From a virus: 64,000 nt of DNA. Shown here piece by piece: positions 19,504 to 26,038 of the stretch. The position numbers and the translations under genes are program-made. The notes beneath the pieces are model-generated. The model was not told where the DNA came from, did not search any database, and saw only the letters and a list, made by a program, of their open reading frames with translations. Where the stretch lies: positions 17,337-81,336 of the IMG/VR virus record IMGVR_UViG_3300025266_000004. The stretch is one strand, 5' to 3'. Positions within the stretch are counted from its first letter, which is position 1, and each line of letters opens with the position of its first letter.

Positions 19504-19516
19504 TATGTGTTTTAAA

Positions 19517-19828
19517 TTATTTGTTAAGTGTTCTCCAATCATCAAATACAGCTATTACTTTATCTATTTCAAACTCTTTTGCAAAACTAAATGTTAAAAT
19601 ATCCATATCTTTAGGGTCTAAAATACTCTGTATATCATTATTTCTATATGCTTTAGCTCTCAGTCTACGTATAAATGTTCTAACTTTAATAATTAGTATC
19701 ATCTTATCTGTGTTACTATTACTTAAACGAACTTTAAACTCATTTATTTCATCTAAATATTCTTTTACATTTTTAAATACTATAATAGTCTCTGTAATAC
19801 TGTGTGGTATTTCATCATCTTTGTTCAT
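19517..19828 (-). CDS. hypothetical protein
   Basis: 103-aa ORF. Confidence 0.6.
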   Translation of the reverse strand: MNKDDEIPHSITETIIVFKNVKEYLDEINEFKVRLSNSNTDKMILIIKVRTFIRRLRAKAYRNNDIQSILDPKDMDILTFSFAKEFEIDKVIAVFDDWRTLNK

Positions 19829-19831
19829 AGT

Positions 19832-19993
19832 TTATCTGTTATATATTGCTAATGTATTTATTACTATTATTATTATACATAACCATGCTATTACACCCAT
19901 TGTTATCTCTACAAATCGTTTATATATTGTGTATGTCTTAAAAAAGAATAAATGGTATGTCGCTTCAAGGTATTTATATATGTATTTCTTCAT
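19832..19993 (-). CDS. small membrane protein
   Basis: MKKYIYKYL... with a C-terminal TM; ATG at 19993 follows an A-rich leader. Confidence 0.5.
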   Translation of the reverse strand: MKKYIYKYLEATYHLFFFKTYTIYKRFVEITMGVIAWLCIIIIVINTLAIYNR

Positions 19994-20033
19994 GTTATTG
20001 TTTATTGTTAAATGTGTTAATATAATGTTATAA

Positions 20034-20149
20034 AACACCAATCTAAATAGTACATCTTCTCTGTGCCTTAAATGTCTGACGGATGGTGTACTTTCAATAT
20101 ATACTTCAACGATTCAAAGCTCCATGTATATATCTATTAGATTGGTATT
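20034..20149 (-). ncRNA. three-way-junction structured RNA directly 3' of the tRNA-like element
   Basis: 13-bp closing helix AAUACCAAUCUAA/UUAGAUUGGUGUU (one U-G pair on the minus strand); inner stems AUAUAUAC/GUAUAUAU and AGUACA/UGUACU. Confidence 0.5.
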
Positions 20150-20157
20150 GTAATTAG

Positions 20158-20259
20158 TAGTCAAGACAGGATTCGAACCTGTAAAACTGCTACCTCGTAA
20201 GGTTTCGTCATAATACCCATGGATTTACATACTGCGTCTACCAGTTTCGCCACTTGACT
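20158..20259 (-). tRNA. tRNA-like element (Leu-type D arm, non-canonical anticodon region, no encoded CCA)
   Basis: Acceptor AGTCAAG/CTTGACT+A, D arm TGGCGAAACTGGTAGACGC, T arm ACAGG-TTCGAAT-CCTGT; ~50 nt between the D and T arms with no standard 5-bp/7-nt anticodon arm. Confidence 0.7.
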
Positions 20260-20274
20260 ATTATAATTAATACT

Positions 20275-20592
20275 CTATTTTATATATTTAAAGTTATGGT
20301 GATTGATATACTCTATATCATCTAATCTATTATCTCTTTCAACAAAGTCTTCTTTGTTAGTTACCTCTTTAAATTTATTAGTACGTACTACCTCATTACC
20401 ACCTCTATATATACCAAAGTATCTCCAACTTGTTAATTCATAGAATAACCTACTACAGTTTCTAATCTCATCTCTAGTAGTTACAGCGGTAACATTAGGC
20501 ACTGTTTCTTTAATTGTTTTAACAGTAGTAGTTTCAATATTTAATTCTGTTGTAGTCTCCTCTGTTGTACTATATACTATTATTGTTTGCAT
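20275..20592 (-). CDS. hypothetical protein
   Basis: 105-aa Thr-rich ORF with the conserved leader. Confidence 0.6.
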   Translation of the reverse strand: MQTIIVYSTTEETTTELNIETTTVKTIKETVPNVTAVTTRDEIRNCSRLFYELTSWRYFGIYRGGNEVVRTNKFKEVTNKEDFVERDNRLDDIEYINHHNFKYIK

Positions 20593-20616
20593 ATCTTTGG
20601 TTTATTTGTTGTTAAA

Positions 20617-21093
20617 TTATCCTATTGTCCATCTGTAGACTATACAAGATTCTGAACATTTGATTCTTTTCTCAGTATCACCATCTTTAACTATACGATA
20701 TTTAATATTATCAATAGTTACAGTTCTTAGTATAGTATATATTTCAGGTTTTCCGTATAGTTTACAACCACCACCTTTGTCTTCATATGATATATTCTCT
20801 TCTATATCAGAACTAGTAGCAGTCTTTTCTCTTTGTCTAATTTCAGCTTTTTCTTCTAGTATAATCTCACCTTTATAAATATTATATTCCTTACTCTTTG
20901 AACTGTGCCATTGAATAGCAAATATATCAAAACTAATCTTATACATAGATTTGATGATATCTTCAACTAATTCACAACCAATGAAATCATTATGAGTAAG
21001 ACCTACTTCCTCCCATTCTCCACTATCATTGAGAATATGTGATATAATATATTTAGAATACTTTACTCTGTTGTTTATGTCTGTTATTTCCAT
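20617..21093 (-). CDS. hypothetical protein
   Basis: 158-aa ORF with the conserved leader. Confidence 0.6.
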   Translation of the reverse strand: MEITDINNRVKYSKYIISHILNDSGEWEEVGLTHNDFIGCELVEDIIKSMYKISFDIFAIQWHSSKSKEYNIYKGEIILEEKAEIRQREKTATSSDIEENISYEDKGGGCKLYGKPEIYTILRTVTIDNIKYRIVKDGDTEKRIKCSESCIVYRWTIG

Positions 21094-21121
21094 TATTATT
21101 TGTGTTTGTTGTTAAAATATA

Positions 21122-21268
21122 ATATAAACTCTCTTATCTACTATCAATTGTAGATGTACATAAAGACTAATAACTCATACTACTTGAATCTAGTACTTAG
21201 TCACAAGAATTGAACTTGACTCTCTCTAGATATAGACCACTACTTGTGTTATTAAAGAGAGTTTATAT
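21122..21268 (-). ncRNA. multibranched RNA with a T-loop hairpin (unclassified)
   Basis: 14-bp perfect closing helix; inner UAAUAAC/GUUAUUA, UCUAG/CUAGA, CAAG-UUCAAUU-CUUG and AUCUAC/GUAGAU stems. Confidence 0.55.
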
Positions 21269-21289
21269 AATATGTTGTAATACTATTTG

Positions 21290-21360
21290 TTACAGTATTG
21301 TAAATAGTATTATAAACACCATTGTAAAATCTACACCAATATAGACTGTTAAATGTTATA
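21290..21360 (-). repeat. dispersed early-region repeat, copy A
   Basis: Shares TATAAACACCATTGTAAAAT and the GTAAAATCTACAC...AAATGTTATA segment with copy B. Confidence 0.75.
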
Positions 21361-21577
21361 ATTTGTACACTTTAATTATATACTCTATTTCCTTTTTCCA
21401 AAATCTTACAGGATTGTTTAAATCATTAGCTACAATAAATGTCTTATTGTTAATTGCTTTAATAGAGTCTTTCCAATATTTAATATAATTATTATAATGA
21501 CTTGTATTATGTCTTAAATCAAAGTCTTTTTTCTTTTGTAATTTGATCTTATAATTATCTACTTGTCCATTGTCCAT
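21356..21577 (-). CDS. hypothetical protein
   Basis: 73-aa ORF with the conserved leader. Confidence 0.55.
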   Translation of the reverse strand: MDNGQVDNYKIKLQKKKDFDLRHNTSHYNNYIKYWKDSIKAINNKTFIVANDLNNPVRFWKKEIEYIIKVYKL

Positions 21578-21610
21578 TTTATTTGTTGTTAAATCCGTTG
21601 TTATAATATG

Positions 21611-22081
21611 TTATAAATATGGTGTTGTATCATTACTTACAACATATTTAAGAGTATCTTTCATCGAATCCATTTCAGCTTCAAATTCCTCTATTTCTTT
21701 GTCTGTGTGATTACCTGAATAAATACATTTATTATCAACGAATAAACTACAACCAGGTCTGTACTGTTTATTGTATAGTAAATGACTACGAAGATTAGTA
21801 GCTTTAACGCCATTAATAACATGACCTCCATTACCATATAATCTTAGTACAGAATGTATTGTTTCACTAGAATTTACATCTAAAATACTATTCTTAATTA
21901 TATACTCTCTACAATTTTGTATTGCAACTGTTCTTGCGTGTGCTTCTCTCTCTGCTACATCAGGTATAGGATTTTTTACTACTATACCACTTAAAAAATG
22001 TGTACTAAAAAATAGATGAATGTCAGAGCCATTAGCATCAGGTTTGATATGTAGTTTATACAATTCTATTAGTTCTTTCAT
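21611..22081 (-). CDS. hypothetical protein
   Basis: 156-aa ORF with the conserved leader. Confidence 0.65.
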   Translation of the reverse strand: MKELIELYKLHIKPDANGSDIHLFFSTHFLSGIVVKNPIPDVAEREAHARTVAIQNCREYIIKNSILDVNSSETIHSVLRLYGNGGHVINGVKATNLRSHLLYNKQYRPGCSLFVDNKCIYSGNHTDKEIEEFEAEMDSMKDTLKYVVSNDTTPYL

Positions 22082-22105
22082 GTTGTTAAATATTATTTGT
22101 TATAT

Positions 22106-22214
22106 TACTTATTACAGCAGTGTAAATGTCACTATAAACACCATTGTAAAATTGTACAACTATTATTTGTACTTTTGTAAAATCTACACTAATATACACT
22201 GTAAAATGTTATAA
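22106..22214 (-). repeat. dispersed early-region repeat, copy B
   Basis: TACTTATTACAGCAGTGTAAAT identical to copy C; remainder similar to copies A and C. Confidence 0.75.
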
Positions 22215-22552
22215 AATGACAATACACAACAAACACTTATTCGCTTGTTAGTGTATTATACAGTTTAGGTCTATTAAATCCCTTATAAATTAATTCTTAT
22301 TGTAACTATTTTCATGGTGCACAAAGTTATTATTAGAACGCAGAATATTACCACTTGTAGCTCTGTTAAACAGTCACTACTACCTTTACTTAATAAATGT
22401 CTAAGTAATTATTAGAGTACTTTAGTCTCTCTATTTATGTGCTTATATAATTGACCATTCTGATATGTAGTGTAATCTAGTTACAGTAATTGTTAATTTA
22501 TAATTTGATAATCCCTCTATTTAGGAGGTTTAATCTGTTGCGTATTGTCATT
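22215..22552 (-). ncRNA. ~340-nt large structured RNA (unclassified)
   Basis: 17-bp closing helix with a single G-U pair on the minus strand; nested 11-bp and 8-bp helices and several inner stems; no ORF in the track. Confidence 0.6.
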
Positions 22553-22583
22553 AAATGTATTATTGTGTACTTATTAATTGTAG

Positions 22584-22695
22584 TACTTATTACAGCAGTG
22601 TAAATAGTACTATAAGTAGCATTGTGTAATTATTAAACTATTACGAAGCCTTTTGTGTAATATGTCGTAAAAACCACTAAACTATGTGATAAAAT
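22584..22695 (-). repeat. dispersed early-region repeat, copy C
   Basis: 22-nt exact match to copy B, then degenerate similarity. Confidence 0.7.
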
Positions 22696-22781
22696 ATGAC
22701 TAAAATGGTGAAATAATCGTGATTTGAGTATTAGGAACGTATGAAAAGGTGTATATTTATAATAGAGTGGTATAATAGGAG

Positions 22782-22846
22782 CTAGAGGGTTTGGTTTCTA
22801 AGCGACCAGCGGGAGCTGGTGTCCGTCGGTATACCATCCCCTCTAG
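22782..22846. ncRNA. GC-rich stem-loop element
   Basis: CTAGAGGG/CCCTCTAG outer stem and inner ACCAGC-GGGA-GCTGGT hairpin. Confidence 0.45.
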
Positions 22847-22877
22847 TATCCCAAGCATCTAATTATTCACCCAAATT

Positions 22878-23624
22878 TCAATCTGCAAATTCAACTCTCC
22901 CAAAATTAACTGTATAATCAACACCACCTACTCTATAATGGTACTCACCTTTTACATTATCAACAGCAGTTACTTTAGCTACTCTTTCTGCATCTTCTTT
23001 CCAGTATATCCAATGATCCACTAAATCGTGCTTTCTATCAACATTTTCACACTTATCTCCACCTTTATCTTCGTCTACTAATTTAGTAAATCTAGAATGT
23101 GTATTACGAAGCATCTTTCCCTTATAATAATGATATATATGTTCACCATATTCAATGTGTTCAGTAGTTCCAACTCCGTGAATAGTAAATGTACCTTCGT
23201 TAAGTAGTGTAAACCCTCTACCTACTAAACTATGTGTTCTACTAATCACTCCAGGTGTTAATTCGTCTTTATTAACAGGTACATAAACATCATCCTCACT
23301 ATGTATCCCAAGAGTATCAGCTTGTCCTTTTAAACCTTCAGCGTATTCAGCATTACTAACTTCAATTGCTTTACCCATCTTTTGATATGTAGTTTCACAT
23401 AAATCTAAGTCAGGTGATTTCAGTACTGTAATATCAAACAAAGCTATAAGTATTATATGTGCAAAATCATCTATAATCAATATAAGTTTAAAATCATTAC
23501 TTTTAGATTGATGGACAGCATCTAAAACACCTTTAAAAGTCATCCCACTGTTCTTTTCTTCAATTTCCACTGTAGAACCTACTAAACTATTTAGTTTCTC
23601 TACTATTATATCTCTTGTATTCAT
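22878..23624 (-). CDS. hypothetical early protein
   Basis: 248-aa ORF with an A-rich leader. Confidence 0.65.
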   Translation of the reverse strand: MNTRDIIVEKLNSLVGSTVEIEEKNSGMTFKGVLDAVHQSKSNDFKLILIIDDFAHIILIALFDITVLKSPDLDLCETTYQKMGKAIEVSNAEYAEGLKGQADTLGIHSEDDVYVPVNKDELTPGVISRTHSLVGRGFTLLNEGTFTIHGVGTTEHIEYGEHIYHYYKGKMLRNTHSRFTKLVDEDKGGDKCENVDRKHDLVDHWIYWKEDAERVAKVTAVDNVKGEYHYRVGGVDYTVNFGRVEFAD

Positions 23625-23652
23625 ATCTCTTTATTTATTTGTTTTTAAAATC

Positions 23653-23718
23653 ATAACAAGCAAGTATTACACCACTATAATGTACACTAAAACCAACTAC
23701 TACATTACTACTTGTTAT
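23653..23718. other. intergenic stem-loop
   Basis: ATAACAAG/CTTGTTAT outer stem and TAATGTA/TACATTA inner stem. Confidence 0.4.
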
Positions 23719-23807
23719 AAATACTAATTCACCATTCTCATTAATCTTATAACTACTCATATCTTTATTTGTTGAAATCTAAGCCACAGTATACCAGTAA
23801 ATACTAG

Positions 23808-23957
23808 TTAACCTACTAGCATTACTTGACTATACATCTCTGTTAGCCCTGTTATTTCTGTCTTTACGAATTTAGGTGTGTCAACTCTTAACATACCATT
23901 AGTATCAACAACGAGATTACCCATTGTTAATACTTCAGTTTCTTTCTTCTTTCTCAT
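23808..23957 (-). CDS. small hypothetical protein (49 aa, below track cutoff)
   Basis: MRKKKETEVLTMGNLVVDTNG...; TAATG overlap with the upstream gene. Confidence 0.45.
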   Translation of the reverse strand: MRKKKETEVLTMGNLVVDTNGMLRVDTPKFVKTEITGLTEMYSQVMLVG

Positions 23958-24226
23958 TAGTTACAAGCTATCATTTCATTTATGGTAAACTTGTTATTGT
24001 ACCATTTCTCAATGTGGAACACACCCTTACGAATATATCCTCTAACCTCAACTAAATGAGGTATTGCTTTGATATCACCTCTGTTGAACACAGCAGGTAT
24101 GAAATCACTATTATTTTCAATATTATTAACGTCACTATTATTGACATCAACAATACCATCAGTATATACTACTCTAATCCTAGGTAATACTCTATTTATT
24201 TTCTTTGGTTCTTTATTATTTGACAT
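23957..24226 (-). CDS. hypothetical protein
   Basis: Track ORF 23957-24253; ATG at 24226 (MSNNKEPK) preferred. Confidence 0.55.
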   Translation of the reverse strand: MSNNKEPKKINRVLPRIRVVYTDGIVDVNNSDVNNIENNSDFIPAVFNRGDIKAIPHLVEVRGYIRKGVFHIEKWYNNKFTINEMIACN

Positions 24227-24245
24227 AATGTGGTAAATTAGTTGG

Positions 24246-24329
24246 TTAAACAAAAGCTATAAGTATAGTTACAGTGCTCATAGCACCTGCAAGTATCCCA
24301 AGCATAAAATGTATCTTAGATTCATTCAT
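24246..24329 (-). CDS. 27-aa single-TM micropeptide
   Basis: MNESKIHFMLGILAGAMSTVTILIAFV; fills the gap between the hairpins and the next gene. Confidence 0.4.
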   Translation of the reverse strand: MNESKIHFMLGILAGAMSTVTILIAFV

Positions 24330-24393
24330 AATAAGCAGTATTTAGGTATTAAAACAATAACTACACTATAGTATTACCTATAGCATAGTTATT

Positions 24394-24580
24394 ATAAACA
24401 CTTACAAGGTTCTCATCCTTGAATTACTCAGGTGATTAATAAAGTTCGTCAGCCTCTCTTGGTTAGTTGGTAGAATATAACTTGTTGTACATTTCTTTAC
24501 CTATGTACACATTATATTCTACTGATTGTTTAACTTTATTAATTTGCACCTCAACCCTCTATGATTGGGTAAATGTTTAT
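24394..24580. ncRNA. ~190-nt rod/multibranch structured RNA (unclassified)
   Basis: 12-bp closing helix; ATTAATAAAGTT/AACTTTATTAAT, GTAGAATATAA/TTATATTCTAC, TGTACAT/ATGTACA stems and two side hairpins. Confidence 0.55.
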
Positions 24581-24593
24581 TATTTAAATGATA

Positions 24594-25022
24594 TTAGAAA
24601 GGCATATCATCATCACCTTTATCAGCAGATGCTACAGGAGCACTTGGTTGAGCTATTGCTTGACGCATTGCTACATCAATCAATTGATTAGTAGCTCTAG
24701 TACTCAATGCAATAGATTCATTAGTATTCTTTGGAAAGTCTTTTCCGTATACTCCTTCTTCGCCGTCCTTCTTAATATAAGTATCCCCAGCTTTCACATT
24801 CTCTACATCCATTGACATAGTACTACCACCAGTCTGTACTAAAAGCTTTAATACGAAAGCATTTGGTGCACCACATCTAGTAGCTAGTCTAGCTAGTTGT
24901 CCACTAGATTGTTTGAATACACCAGTAGCACTTGGATTGTCTGCTGATTTGTTTGTTACAATTACACCAGTACCGTCAGCGTTAATTTGAATTTCTTTGA
25001 TTGTTAATGTTACATTTTTCAT
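24594..25022 (-). CDS. SSB-like protein with a bacterial SSB C-terminal tip
   Basis: Beta-rich N-terminus, Ala/Pro linker, ends DDDMPF (compare SSB-Ct DDDIPF). Confidence 0.6.
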   Translation of the reverse strand: MKNVTLTIKEIQINADGTGVIVTNKSADNPSATGVFKQSSGQLARLATRCGAPNAFVLKLLVQTGGSTMSMDVENVKAGDTYIKKDGEEGVYGKDFPKNTNESIALSTRATNQLIDVAMRQAIAQPSAPVASADKGDDDMPF

Positions 25023-25258
25023 AAGTCTTAAAGTTTAAAAGTTAATAAGTTATTATATTATTCTACTACCTATTCGTTATAAGTAGATTTTGAGGATTAA
25101 AAACACCATCGGGGTGATTCAATCCAAAATTTAGTGAGGGGGGATGAATGGAGGTGGTTCTCGCTTCGACATATATCCCCACTTTTATTTCTACAAATTT
25201 TTATTTTTTATATCCACTTTACCATCATCCAATACGTCGCCTAGTATATATGCCAGAG

Positions 25259-25490
25259 AGTCTCCTAATATCTTGTGTTTAATATCTTGTGTCATCTATG
25301 TCTAATATCTCCCGATTTATCATTTGTAGAGTCTCCGAATAGTCTCAATTTCACCATGTTGTAAAGTCTCCAAATAGTCGCTAAGTCGGCATGTCGAATA
25401 GTCTCCAGAATCTCACTTTATATAGTCTCCAATCAGCAGTCTAAAAATCTCAATTATCACCACCTTGTACAGTCTTTACAATCTCCAGTT
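25259..25490. repeat. iteron-like AGTCTCC repeat cluster (candidate origin or terminus)
   Basis: Five AGTCTCC copies plus AGTCT variants, two adjacent 35-nt units (25324-25358, 25359-25393), and tandem TAATATCTTGTGT, all in the strand-switch gap. Confidence 0.6.
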
Positions 25491-25825
25491 ATATACCACT
25501 CTATACACTTGTAAAACCACCATTGTAGATTGTACTATATAGAGACACCGTGACACCATTTTTTCATTAACGGCTAGACACCAAGTAGAGCAGTCTAAAT
25601 AGTTGTTCAATATTTAGAGTAGGATTTGGGATGGGATTTGGAGTGCTCTAAAAGATGATACTTTAGATACCAAAGATGAACCTATAATAAACACCATGTG
25701 GACTGCTATAAATTGTTATATAGTATATGGTGCATTGGTGACTCCACGAGTGGGTATAAAAAATCCCATATACATTGGTGTAGTATATAGGTGTGGTGTT
25801 TTCTTGTTACCTTGAATAAGATATT

Positions 25826-25857
25826 TAAAGGTACAAGAAATTCCTGACATATCCTAA
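25826..25857 (-). promoter_or_regulatory. leftward Bacteroidota-type promoter variant
   Basis: TTAGGATAT-N12-TTGTACCTTTA on the minus strand, matching the 13971 copy. Confidence 0.5.
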
Positions 25858-25977
25858 TTTTGTCGTACATTATTTCAAATTAAATTTGGCGTATCAGCCT
25901 GTAATGTAGAAAATAGTGACGTGGTGGTTCTACTATTTGGAGGTATTTAAAAATAATGAAATAAAGACTATACATAA

Positions 25978-26009
25978 TTAGGTTTTACGGTTTATTGTCT
26001 ATATATTAG
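25978..26009 (+). promoter_or_regulatory. rightward Bacteroidota-type promoter variant
   Basis: TTAG-N20-TATATTAG, ~30 nt upstream of the first plus-strand gene. Confidence 0.5.
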
Positions 26010-26038
26010 TGTATCTTTAGGCAGAAGAACTCACAGCA

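Noticed and set aside
20034-20149. Hammerhead or theta ribozyme
   Set aside because: No CUGAnGA core paired with GAAA on one strand, and no HDV-like nested pseudoknot seen
22215-22552. Group I intron, tmRNA or RNase P RNA
   Set aside because: An R-like AGAGACUA is present but no matching S element (UAGUC), no interrupted gene, no T-arm/acceptor end and no RNase P P4 consensus
21290-22695. CRISPR array or mini-array
   Set aside because: The repeats are long, degenerate and separated by hundreds of nt containing genes or RNAs; no cas genes
1117-24815. Plus-strand track ORFs within the minus arm (e.g. 4686-5072, 19521-20033, 22020-22214)
   Set aside because: Antisense shadows of real genes or structured regions, with S/L/I/F-rich composition and mostly non-ATG starts
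25259-25490. CRISPR-like repeat-spacer structure
   Set aside because: Only short 5-7-nt cores recur, with irregular spacing and no unique spacers
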